NCBI RefSeq assembly: GCF_964355755.1 | Contig: NC_092671.1 | Span: 23,448,070 to 23,512,069 of the forward strand | DNA: 64,000 bases | Direction: 5' to 3' | Source: Antedon mediterranea | Taxonomy: Eukaryota; Animalia; Echinodermata | In this document: positions 51,579 to 64,000 of the stretch, piece by piece | Layout: each line of letters begins with the position of its first letter | Position numbering within the stretch: the stretch's first letter is position 1 | Program-made: the position numbers and the translations under genes | The notes under the pieces: generated by a model | Database searches by the model: none | What the model was told of the DNA's origin: nothing | The model's input: only the letters and a program-made list of their open reading frames with translations

Positions 51579-52355
51579 CTCAACATCAATATATTCAACG
51601 TAGCATTGGTTAAATCAAATCAACTCGTTATTAATGAAGATGATATGTTAAATAAATAATAAAATATGTGATTTAAATGATCAAAGTAGCCGTGGCGTGC
51701 GTCGCATAAAATGGTGGCACATAAGGTAGGCCTACTATTGTCAAAAAAGATGCAGCGGAGCTAATTTGATCATTAATATAAGTGGTATTTAAAACAAAAC
51801 ACAATTAAACTATTCAACGCAAAAACATTTATCAACATTACCAGTAAAAATACATACAATTTACAGATGAATGCTGTCTGTTACGAATGTGGTATACCGA
51901 AATGATCCCAATGACTAATTCCGAAATAGACGCTTTCAAATAACTTAGATTGTGGCAGACGACATATCCTATTCTTATCTCGCTAATCGGTGGGATTCCA
52001 AACAAATCTCATCGTGATGTCGCTAAATATAAAAAAAAAAATTTCGAGACAAAATCCATAATTTGCACGAAAACGTAAAATCCCAAACAAATCCGTCTTC
52101 CCTAAATCAACTGTCCCGATCATATGATAAATCCCGCCGTATCGGTGGGATCCCAAACAAAAAATCCCGTTCATTCAGAATTTGCGCTAAAAATCTCGGT
52201 TAACCGACGGGTCGAGCACAAGCAAAATCCAGCCTATCCCACACTAGTCCCATAAATCTCGCCGTGGCGACGGGATCCCGAACAAATCCCGTTCATTCAG
52301 AATTTGCGCTAAAAACCCCGGTTGACCGACGGGAGCTACAAACAAAAATCCCACA

Positions 52356-55300
52356 TCTATATATAAATTTACGTAAGGGCAAAATTCGGTAAATTGCGCC
52401 TTACTTCTAGAATTTGTACTCGATGGTATATAAAGTTGGTTCGTACTTTCGGTACTGATTTTAACCACCTGATGTAACCCTGTTTACTAATTAAATTAAG
52501 TTAGATAATTAGTTATTGACGATTAAAACGAATTTAGGTTCAACGATTTGCCCCAAATAGAGGTGTTTTCCGATCGTGGTATACACTGTCTAATGGATGT
52601 CCATCTTGAAAAATACCCGCCACAAAAATGCGAGGAGGCTTCGCATTTTCCTATCTCCTCCTACGATAATTGTTTTTAATAGCTGAAAACCGGTTGAACA
52701 GCTAGAGTACACCATCATAATGTTGAAGACAGGCCGATTTTCTTAAAAAAATACTATTTTGATAGATTTAATATACGTTTATACAAATGTATTGATTTGC
52801 GATGAATGGAACATCCCAATCTCTCAGTCTGCCAGAGTTTGGTTTAACACAAGTAGGTAAATTTATGAGCCCCTGGTTTAACACATACGGTAGGTAAATA
52901 TATGGGCCCTTTGAGAATAAACTTGCAATACTTTGACAATACAGTAAATACCTCATTTGAATCGAAAGTTTCTTACTGTGAATGTTCGTACTGTTAGATG
53001 TAATATAAAAATATATACAAATAAACTGTATTACTGAGATTGTGGATAGGCTGTACTGTTAGATATATAAACACATTATTATATACAAATAAACTTTATA
53101 CTGACAGTTCCTTCTCAACGTTTGTATTAATTAATAATTACCAAAAATATAAACGTCGTAGTGGTGTATCGTGACATGTACTTTAATATTTCAATCGATT
53201 ATGACAGTGACAGTTTTAACAAAGTATTATTTATTAAATCTCAAATGTTTTACTGTATTTAGAGGTATAGTATTTATAGGCCTATAAAACAAGAACAAAA
53301 TATTTTGTTACTGAGTTGATAAAGAATATATTTAAAAATTGTTCCTCTTTGTACCTATCCGCTTTCCTATCCCTCAACCCTAATGTTACATACAAAACAC
53401 AAATTGGGTTTCTTTAAATGAGGCCAAATCAAAAATTTGGACTCATTTTGATAAGTTTCTCCTTCGGAAGTAATTCACAGGGTGCTAATTTTAGTTGACT
53501 ACATAAATCATCGTGTCTATTTATTCGTTTCTGTAAACGACAATGTATTATAGTCCTGCGGTACGTACATTTGAAATCGCCAGTTTTGCTACGCTGAAAT
53601 TACTGTTTATTCGAGAACCATCTGTGGGCACGACCTAGATGGTACGCGAGCGAAGCGAGCGTACCATCTAGTCTATATATAAATTTACGTAAGGGCAAAA
53701 TTCGGTAAATCGCGCGTTATTTCTAGAATGTTTACTCGATGGTATGTAAAGTTGGTTCGTACTTTTGGTACTGATTCTAACCACCTGATGTAACCCTGTT
53801 TACTAATTAAATTGAATTCGATAATTAGTTATTGACGATTAAAACGAATTTAGGTTCAACGATTTGCCCCAAATAGGGGTGTTTTCCGATCGTGGTATAC
53901 ACTGTCTAATGGATGTCCAATTTGAAAAATACCCGCACACAGTAATACGAGGACACTTCGCATTTTCCTATCTCCTCCTACGATAATTGTTTTTAATAGC
54001 TGAAAACCGGTTGAACAGTTCGAGTACAGCATCATAATGTTGAAGACAGGCCGATTTTATTTTAAAAATGCTATTTTGATAGATTTAATATACGTTTTTA
54101 CAAATGTATTGATTTGCGATGAATGGAACATTCCAATCTCTGTTCCACAAGTGTCTATTCCCTCAGGCGTCGTAAAAACAAGTACTGTATAGGCTACTCA
54201 TAACAGAAATTCGATCCATTTTTTTCACGCTGCTGCTCTAGCCCGCTACGTCCCATTAGGACTACTCAATCAGAAGCTAAAGCAAGCAGCAGTTATAGTT
54301 CTAAGGACAGACAGTTTTGTTAAAATGGAAACTCCACTATGATTTATTGATTCCAGCTGCTACAGTAGACCCAAAAAACGTCTGGGAAAGAGTCTATGAG
54401 GACATGTCATGCTAAAATTACAAATCCCTAAGCATTTCTGGTATATTCACTGTCAGATATTCATTGAATTATTATCGAAACAGTCCATTAAAGTTTGTGT
54501 TTGTAATAGGATACTTCACAATTGAAATATCTAGGGTGATGAAGTGACCCCCAGATTTGACCTTAGCAATAAAATTAACTAAAGTGACAGAAATTGAGTA
54601 TTCACTTCTGTAACAAAAAAATAATATTTATTCACATATAAAAAAAAAAGAAGAAACCCAAAAACTGACAGACAATTTAAGTATTTGTTGCTTTAAATTA
54701 CATTTTTCAGGTAAAATAACTATTATGTGACAATAAAATGACACATTCAAAAACATTTGAAATAAAAAATATTTTTCAATAAGCGAGCAGCGTTTTTTGT
54801 AAAAAATATTTCTTGTTTCAATCTGTGCTGCAGAGGTTGGATATACATTTTTTTTTAAACGGATAAATGAGCTAGCGTTTTCAGTCGCCGTATATTTATC
54901 CATATTTATGTACAAATATTTATTATTGCAGTTAAACCACCCACATCATCACCCTTCCCTCACTGGCATGAGTAGCGTTGTAAATCCAGTAGAGGATAGG
55001 CCTACAGTGCATCACATGCCCTAAACGCAGAACAACTTTGGTGGGTAGGGTAGGAACCAACTTAAGTATGAATTGGCTCTAAGAAACAATTGAAAACTAT
55101 TAGGCCTACTAATTAAGTTGAGTTAGATAATTTAATATATATTGACGATTAAATCGAATTTATGATTTGCCCCGAATAGAGGTGGTTTTCACAAATTGTT
55201 TTACATTTTATAAACATATACACGTCGTCGTAGTGATGTATCGTTACATGTACTGTACTTTTCAATCGACCAGGACGGTGATAGTTTCAACAAGTATTAC

Positions 55301-55726
55301 ATCGCAATGTTTTACTGTGTTTAGTGGTATATTAGTTGTAAAACATGAAAACAATTAATATTTCGTTACTAAATGGATAAAGAATATATTTAAAAATTGT
55401 TCCTCTTTGCACCCATCCTCTTCCCCATCCCTCAACCCTAATGTTACATATAAAACACAAATTAAGTTTGTTTAAATTTGACTTAAACAATTAGTCTCAT
55501 TTTGTGACAAGTTTCTTTTTCGGAAGTAATTCCCAGGGTGCTAATTTTAGTTGAGTACATAAATCACAGTGTCTATTTATTCGTTTCTGTAAACAACATA
55601 TATTATTGTTCTGCGGTACGTACATTTGAAATCGCCAGTTTTTTAACGCTGAAATTATTATGTATTCGAGAACCATCTGTGGGCACGACCTAGATGGTAC
55701 GCGAGCGAAGCGAGCGTACCATCTAG
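52356..55726 (+). mobile_element. Head-to-tail dimer of non-autonomous Helitrons (52356-53671 and 53672-55726)
   Basis: Each unit starts TCtatatataaattt and ends with hairpin ctagatggtacgc-gagcgaagcga-gcgtaccatCTAG. The dimer lies between A and T with no TSD. Confidence 0.85.
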
Positions 55727-55835
55727 TATCCCAAATTAACTGTCCCGATATAATGATAAATCCCGTCGTGGCGGCGGGATCCCGAGAAGAATCCCGCTCA
55801 TCCAGAATTTGCGCTTAAAATCCCGACAACCCGCC

Positions 55836-57606
55836 GGGATCCCGAAAAAATCACGATTATCCCGAAATTACGATCCCGATCCCGATGATAAATCTCACCG
55901 GGATGACCAAATCCCCACGGGATTCGGAGATCCCGTTTTTATTTTTTATTTTATGTCAAAAAATAAAAGGGTTAAAATTTTGCAAATTTTCGAACATTTC
56001 CCTCTGTGGGACCATAGGATTTTTTTTGAAAAAGGGCCAACATTTCCAATTTTTAAAATTCTATAATTATGCTATAATATTGCCATTTATGCAAATATAT
56101 TGTGTTAACATCATCTTATAGAGCCATAGTAACTAGTTATGTCAAAAAATAAAAGGCCAGGATCCCGAAAAAATCACGATTATCCCGAAATTACGATCCC
56201 GATCCCGATGATAAATCCCACCGGGATGACCAAATCCCCACGGGATTCGGAGATCCCGTTTTTATTTTTTATTTTATGTCAAAAAATAAAAGGGTTAAAA
56301 TTTTGCAAATTTTCGAACATTTCCCTCTGTGGGACCATAGGAATTTTTTTGAAAAAGGGCCAACATTTCCAATTTTTAAAATTCTATAATTATGCTATAA
56401 TATTGCCATTTATGCAAATATATTGTGTTAACATCATCTTATAGAGCCATAGTAACTAGTTATGTCAAAAAATAAAAGGGTCGAAATTTGGCCACTTTTC
56501 GAAAAATTTCCCTGCGAGGGACCATAGGATTTTTTTTCGAAAAATGGTCAAAATTTCCATTGTTTAAAATTCTAAAATTATGCTATAATATTGCCATTTA
56601 TGCAAATATATTGTGCTAACATCATCTTATAGAGCCATAGTAACTAGTTATGTGAAAAATAAAATGATCAAAATTTGGCCATTTTTCGAAAATTTCCCTG
56701 CTGGGGGACCATAGGAATTTTTTCGAAAAATGGCAGATTGTTTACTCAAAAGTCTTTGACCTTATAGTCCATGGGATTTAGCTAAAAAATGACCCTTTTC
56801 TCACACAAATTGCAAGAAAAGTTTTTTTTTGATGAAATGTGTTCTTTAGACCCTACTGAACACATTTATCAACGTTAGGACATTTTTCGACTACGGGAAG
56901 TAGCCTAATTTGCATAATTAAAAATGGCCGCCATTTTTAATAACGTACTCTGTATCTTGGAAACCGCTAGTCACAGATACTTAATTATGGTGTCAAAATT
57001 GTTAGAATATATGTTTTTATATTCACTTTATTGAAAAAGTTTGTCCAAAAATGAATGGAAGTGCTATTTCTAACATTATTGACCTTTGACCTTGAATTCT
57101 CATACCTCAGCAACCACTAATCGGAGATATACAAATTAGGGCTTAAATTGTTCAGAAACTATACATTTATATATCCAGTCTAATGGCATGTTTTTGCAAA
57201 AAATGGCGGATTCTAACATTATTGACCTTTGACCTTGACTTATCATATCTTAGCAACCACTAATCTGAGAGACACAGAATATGGCTCAAATTGTTAAAAA
57301 ACTACATATTTATATTTAGTCTAATGGCATGTTTTTGCAAAAAATTTCCGATTCTAACATTATTGACATTTGAACTTTGCACTACATAAAATCGCATAAC
57401 TTTGAAAATATTGTACATATAATATTATTTTTAGTGTCAAATTTTTCAGAACATATATGTTTCTATAGAGTCCAATGACACATTATGTCCAATAATGGCC
57501 TATTGTATGGTTAGTAACATTTGAACTATGTTTGAAAAGGATTTAAACCCGGAATGATCTTCATGTGGGCATCCATTAGAACATTTGTGATTTGGCACTA
57601 CTTGTT
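55836..57606. repeat. ~320-bp tandem duplication (55836-56155 vs 56159-56475) running into an unclassified repeat with ~187-bp sub-repeats and ttgacctttgaccttga motifs
   Basis: Direct sequence identity; the motifs are shared with the Academ TIR at 17185-17960. Confidence 0.65.
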
Positions 57607-57673
57607 TAGAATATGGTGGTAATTTAAAGTGCATGTAACCAGTTAATTTAATTTAGTTACTGAAAATATTACC

Positions 57674-58194
57674 CAAAGAATATAATATCACAAGAATGAG
57701 TATTCCGCGATTTTTGCATGAGAAATTTGTAACAGAGAGTGATGCCGCCCTCATAAGGGCGGATGTATACCGACTAAATAAGACTTGATTTAATAGATAT
57801 TATACATGTCACATTAAATAGAATTATGATAATATATTTTGCAATTGTAAACCATTTTATAATACATATTTAATAACAAACTAGTGTACATTCACTTCTA
57901 CAGACAATTATTTACTAACATGCTAAATTAGTTCACAAAAAAGGCCTAAACAGCAACACCAAAAATCAACGAAGCGTTACTCAGCAGAGCCTATTCTTTA
58001 CCATTGCCGCGTACTAATCTACGCCCGGTAAAGTATTGTTTTTATGATATAAATTAGTATAAAATACATGTTATTAATAGGATACAATTAAATTTCATTA
58101 ATAACATTTATTTGTTTTACCAGAAAAAAGTTTTACAAATTTCTCATGCAAAAACCGCGGAATACTCATTCTTGTGATATAATTATATTCTTTG
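57674..58194. mobile_element. Unclassified MITE with ~60-bp TIRs
   Basis: caaagaatataatatcacaagaatgagtattccgcg.tttttgcatgagaaatttgtaa is inverted at ~58132-58194. Confidence 0.7.
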
Positions 58195-58245
58195 CTCTCT
58201 CTATATATGGCCCTGAACGATGTTAACAAGTTACGCCCTCTGTTG

Positions 58246-61200
58246 GAATCCGGTTAGAATTTTGGTAGGACGATTCGGCCCACTTTTGGGCCAAAACATC
58301 CCAGTTTGTGGACCGAAAAGTCTCACTTTAGACCAAATTCATATTCATTTTTGTTGGTATTTTTAACAATCCGTATTTTATTGATATTGTCAATGTTGAT
58401 ATAATATATGAAATAAATTACTAAAAAAACGTAATGTTATATTCAATTTAATATTTGTTTATTTCGTGCACATTCGTCAAGCGGCCAACAGAGAGCGTAA
58501 CTTGTTTACATCGTAGCGTGGGACGTGATTAAAAATGATCATTTTCGACAATATTTTCAAAATGTTTGCTTTATTGCATCTTTATCCCCAGGTACTACCC
58601 CATAGTCTCTCTAAATATAATGTTTGAGGAAAAAAGCTTATTTTATGCTTATAAAATGCATATCAAAGCCGCCCGCAAAGCCGATAAATTTAAGTGTGCC
58701 GAATCGTCCCGAGCCGAATAGTCCCGGGCCGGCCGAATCGTCCCGCTAGCGATTTTTTTTTCCGTACGAGAGTTCCTCCATCGGTTCGTTTCGGACTCAA
58801 TCCGACTCTCTTCGGTATTCGGTAAAGTCAGCTCACTGATGCGTGACAACATAATACAATTTACATTTACAAACCGCGAGCTAATACTTTCACACAGGCT
58901 CTCATAATAGTAAAATGAATCTACACTAATACGAGTGTTGATGACATTAATTAATAAATACTAGGCCTACTTAGTAATTACATTAAGAACCCAATAGCAT
59001 ATTGAAGATATTTAGGTCTACGACCCAATAGTAGGTCGTATCAATATTATTTGTTGAAGTTGAACGACCTTTTGTCACGAACGAGAGGCTCTTTTCTTAT
59101 CGTTTATGGTATTGTAGCTAGCCCTAGCCTAGCCAAGCTTGTGTAAGCCTATGCAAGGTATTACTTTTGAATTTAAAATGATTATGTACAGTAGGAATTC
59201 CTATGCACAGTGTATGTTTTTTATACCTTTTAAAATAATATTATTAAATTAATATTTATATTTTAAGATAATGGAAATTTTACGTTAAAGGTGTACGTAT
59301 TAATTATCCCCAATCTTGAAAAATAAAGATTTCAGACTTTTAAGTATAGGCAATTTTGGAGTTTTAATTAAGTTATAGGCCTACAACTAATATTATTGTT
59401 TATTATGTGTATATGTAATTTGGAAAATCATAAAAAATACATGCAAAGTAAAAAACATTCAATTACGGTACTGACACGACTGCAATAGTATAAATACATT
59501 TAATATAACACATTTTCCAGGAAGCTTATAATTATATGTGATACTATCATCTTGTCATGAAGATCGATTTTCTGTATTCCATATTCTTGATTTTATTTTT
59601 TTTATTATGGTTTCTGAAATAAATTTTAAAAAAAAATTGTTAATTTTAATTCAAAATTTCCACCGGCCAAGATATCAATAATGATTAAATTAACACAATA
59701 TTAAACGCTTTATAAGCAAGCATGTGTTTCTATACATTACAACTTACATATGTTACTAGGCCTATATGTATACAATTTTTCAAATGTTACACTTAAAAAC
59801 CTGAAGAAAATTGTGATTTTCTTGATAAAAACATCTGTTAGTGTTACTTCTGTAAATATAATTTCTAACCTACTACTTCATTTTATTAAAATAAAAAATA
59901 GTACTGTAGATGGAAATGTACTACATTGAAGCACACGTACGTAGGGCTAGGCTAGCTAGGCCTTGCTTGTGACGACCAACAAAGTGCTGCTGCTGTGTGT
60001 GTGTTACTGTTTGTGAATCTGATGGTACATACATTGGTTTGTGGCTGCCTATACAGTATTATATTATATGTGACGACCAACAAAGTGCTGCTGCTGTGTG
60101 TGTGTTACTGTTTGTGAATCTGATGGTACATACATTGGTTTGTGGGGGATCCAGTCAAGTCGCCCCATCGCAAAGTCGCCCCATACAAAGTCGCCCAATA
60201 CAAAGTCGCCCCATCGCAAAGTCGCCCCAAAACAAAGTCGCCCCGGCACAGTCGCCCCATTACAAAGTCGCCCCATCGCAAAGTCGCCCCAACGCAAAGT
60301 CGCCCCATCGCAAAGTCGCCCCAACGCAAAGTCGCCCCATCGCAAAGTCGCCCCAACGCAAAGTCGCCCCATCGCAAAGAAGCCCACGGTTTTATTTCGG
60401 AAGTGCCGCCGCTAGTAGTAGTACGCTGTTTTAATCATATAGCGGTTGCGTTTGATATCGATTGCGTTGTTACTTTGGTCGCGCTAAATGTCGTATACAT
60501 TATAATGTTTACCCTATTATATACATAATTTGTGTTTTAATTTTTATTTTACAGGTTATAATGGAGTGATGTGCTTTTTAAAAATCATTAAAAAATAGTC
60601 CCTTGTTTGAAAGTTCTAAAAAGATTTCGAAAAGATTATCCCTGATTTATAGTTTCGAAAATGTTAATTTAATATGATTTTAAAATTAGTTACCAGAGCC
60701 ACAATTACGAATCTTTCTTCAACCTACGCGTGGATACCAGCTCATTTTTTAGGATAATATAATAAGTGTATAAATAGTAGGCCTTCGTATATTTACAGTA
60801 GTTAAAACAATAACAGCGTTGTAAGACAATAAATGTTATATAGGCTACTTATTGATCATTTTGCATTTATTGACAAGTTATGTGTCTATAGTTATTTAAT
60901 TTTAATTATGACTTTTCAAAATGAAGAAATAAAAAAAAGGGGATTTCTTCGCCGATATGATCGTTTTGCACATGCAGGTATTTTAGTAAAATTAAAACGC
61001 TACATTTTGACCATGGAAAAACCATCGTACAGTATGATTATCGTGTGCGTGTTTTTTAAAAAGGGGAATCCCCGACGGGCAGCAGAAAGACGTAGCAGCT
61101 GTGAGAAGGAAACAGATACCAGAAAGAGCAGCTCCGATTGGTTTCAGAGAATGTTTCAGATTGCGAGTCGCTTTTTATTCAACAGCAGAATGATCATTTT

Positions 61201-62885
61201 ACTGAAGAAATTCTTTTCAACCCTTTTGGTTATAGAACATTCTAATTATCATGCCTAATAAATATCCTCATATCGGGTGTTTATTTAATTTTAATAAACA
61301 AGACAGTGAAGAGGCACGGAATAATACGTACACGGACGTACGACGAATACACACATGCACGTCATCATTTACGACATAATATAGTGGCGATATGATGCAA
61401 TTTTATAATGGATATAATGATGGGATTGCATTTCCAGGCTTATAATCAATGTTCATTGTAATACTATGTATATAATAGTAAACTGAATGTTTATAAATAA
61501 ATTGTTTTACCTAATTTGTTGCATATAAAAAATAAAAGACACAGACGTAGCCTACGTTCCCTATAAAATATTTCACATTTAAATTTATGTACTGTTAAAT
61601 GACATTATGCTGAATAATAGGCTTAGTATAATCTTAAACTATGTTTACAAATTGTCATTTTTAAGGCACACATCTTTCTCTCATCATAGACCTCAGTGTA
61701 AAATAAAAACAAAAATCAATTATTAATATAGGCCTAATAATAATAAATATTCATCGACCAAAGTAAAAATAATCTAGATCGTATAACATCATTTTATCGC
61801 GACCAAAATTAAACGCCACCGATTTCGAACGCGACTGATATCATCGTAAAACTCCGACGGGGTTTCCCCATCTTCAGATGGTGCGTTGTAGTGCGACAAC
61901 GGCGGAGTAATTACGGGGGTTTCCCTCTGGTGAAAGCTAGCACGTTAGAGCGACCGCGGAGTGATTAGTTGGGGGCTTCCTCTCTGATGATTGGGGAGCG
62001 TGCCGATCGTGTGACGTACCTGAGACTACATGGAGGGGCTTCCCCTTTTATGCCTACACGTTCCGTGTTATTTTGTGTATCATTGCGACATTTTACGCAC
62101 TTTTAAACTATTTTTTAACGTTTGGGGCGACTTTGCGATGGGGCGACTTTGTGTTGGGGCGACTTTGGGATGGGGCGACTTTGCGTTGGGGCGACTTTGC
62201 GATGGGGCGACTTTGCAATGGGGCGACTGTGTCAGGGCGACTTTGTTTTGGGGCGACTTTGCGATGGGGCGACTGTGTATGGGGCGACTTTGTATGGGGC
62301 GACTTTGCGATGGGGCGACTTGACTAGCATCCCAATATCCGTTTGTGGCTGCCTATACAGTATTATATTATTAAAATTCTAGGCCTATTATTATAATTAC
62401 AATGACGTTCAGTACTACTATTAATATTTATTATTATATTTACAGTGAGTATAGTATTAGGCCTCTAATATGTATAAATCTGTCACTCGTGCAAAAAAGC
62501 TGCTCACGTTTTGTCTTGTGGTTGCTGTCACGCATCAGTGAGCATCGGTGGCTTACCGAAGAGTCGATTGAGTCCGAAACGAACCGATGGAGGAACTCTC
62601 GTACGGAAAAAAAAATCGCGTCCCGCTAACCCTCTGTTGACCGCTTGGCGAATGCACGAAATAAACAAAGTTTTTGAAGTAATAATTGAATATAAAATAA
62701 CGTTTCAGTAATTGATTTTCATATAGTAGGCCCTAGGGTATATCAGCATTGCCAGTATCAATAAAATACGGATAGTTAAACACCTTTAAAAACTTGATAA
62801 ATACCACAACAAGTGTGTATAAATTTGGTCTAGGCCTAGGGCCTAGGCCTAGCCTAGGCCTAGGAATCGTCCTCTCTGAATTCGA
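58246..62885. mobile_element. Foldback-like element with long imperfect inverted repeats, hosting element C
   Basis: 58750-58850 is inverted at 62525-62620; 58360-58495 is inverted at 62630-62790; aggacgattc matches gaatcgtcct near the ends. Confidence 0.65.
60146..62340. mobile_element. Foldback/MULE-like MITE 'C' with (aaagtcgcccc)n array TIRs
   Basis: Arrays at 60153-60378 and 62122-62325 are inverted. Termini are gggatccagtcaag / cttgactagcatccc. An 8-bp duplication gtttgtgg lies at 60138-60145 and 62341-62348. Confidence 0.85.
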
Positions 62886-63324
62886 GAAAATGTCATAGCA
62901 ACGACGACAACACAACAAAACGGGACAAACACGTACAACAACCAAGAATATAATCGAATACTCATTTCACACACAAATGACCTGGACAGCCTACAGTACA
63001 ACTTTGATCTCTTTGTTTTGAAGGTAACTGTAAGTAGTACCAGGCCTACTACGTTCTCTAGGCAAAGCTTAGCTAGGCCTAGTAGGCTATGTTATGTATC
63101 GTTAAATAGGCCTATACCTAGGCCCTAATAAGGCCTAGCCTACTACCTACTAGGCCTAGCTAGTAGGAGGCTAGCCTAGGCTAGGCCTAACCGAACATTG
63201 GAAATTACTTAGGCCCTAGGCTACTGTAACATCATGTCCTAGTAGGCTAGGCTAGTAGAACTCAATTATAAACTATAATGGAACGGATTTACAAACGATA
63301 CACTTCTTAATAATAATTAATAAT

Positions 63325-63375
63325 AACTAGACATGTAACTCGTCACTTTGACGAGTTTGGTTATCCGCCGCGCAA
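63325..63375 (-). mobile_element. 3' end of a HINE/Helentron-like element related to 1401-4075
   Basis: aactag plus hairpin aactcgtca-ctt-tgacgagtt mirrors the 4045-4075 terminus. Confidence 0.45.
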
Positions 63376-64000
63376 GTGGTGCAACATTAACATTAAGGGG
63401 ATAGGTTGAGGACAAAAGGAAGTGTTGACGTTGGCATTATGACCTGAACTGAAGAATATGATATGTTGTTATTGCTGAATTTTTTTGTTTAAATTCATAT
63501 ATAGTTTACACAGTATAATCTGTATCCATATCACATACAGTGTAGAATAGGTGAAATTACGGGACCCGCTATTTATTGCAATTTTTAACATGTTGACGGT
63601 TTTAAAATGAAACGCGAAGGTAGCAATTCCGAAAGGAAATTATCTCAGCAACAACGTATTAGCGTGTAAAAGAAATTTGAATACGTGAAATATTGATGCG
63701 CGCTCTTTTAAATGTAATGAATTATGACGCAAAAGATGAAAATACGACCTTTTTTATTTAACTGGCCATATGATAACGTCACAACATCCGATTGGCAACA
63801 TTTTAACATAATTTCGTATCTACAATCCAATAGCTTCCAGAAAAAGTTTTAATCGTGATTATCACATTTTATTCTTACGAGCTATAACAGATTAAAATTT
63901 ACTGTAAAGATGAAATTGATGCCACACGTGATTTAAATTTTTAGGCATGACGACGTCAAAAAAATTAAAATATTTTTAACTCATGCGAAAGATAGTTGAT

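Larger units (their letters stand above)
31724..56260. mobile_element. Large CACTA/EnSpm (CMC superfamily) DNA transposon with two divergent genes and many nested insertions
   Basis: The left end is (cc)CACTAaaaaaa. Dense CGGGATCCCG subterminal repeats lie at 31740-32295 and again at ~51985-52350 and 55728-56260. An internal CMC-type transposase is present. The exact right terminus was not found. Confidence 0.8.

Noticed and set aside
59997-62382. Repetitive ORFs (QSRP/KSP/GRLC repeats) on both strands
   Set aside because: They arise from the aaagtcgcccc TIR arrays of element C.

Overview
AT-rich eukaryotic (animal) genomic DNA, probably from a marine invertebrate (inferred from the repeat families; the species cannot be determined). 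Host coding content is limited to the last two coding exons of COMMD4 (+ strand, 10420-10590 and 14769-14809). Almost everything else is nested transposable elements: CR1/L2, Rex1, Tx1 and RTE LINE fragments, Penelope pieces, a 5S-derived and a tRNA-derived SINE, Helitron/Helentron derivatives, and Academ, IS3EU, Harbinger, Kolobok, pogo and MULE-like non-autonomous elements, plus a satellite. The largest structure is a ~24.5-kb CACTA/EnSpm (CMC) transposon (about 31724-56260). It carries a spliced DDE transposase pseudogene (+) and a divergently transcribed spliced BEN-domain gene (-). The standout observation is a pair of large type I hammerhead ribozyme folds inside this DNA transposon, one near each end and both facing inward, i.e. 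antisense to the element's own genes. They have intact catalytic cores, a four-way-junction stem II and a predicted pseudoknot. All translations, alignments and folds were done by eye; no searches were run.
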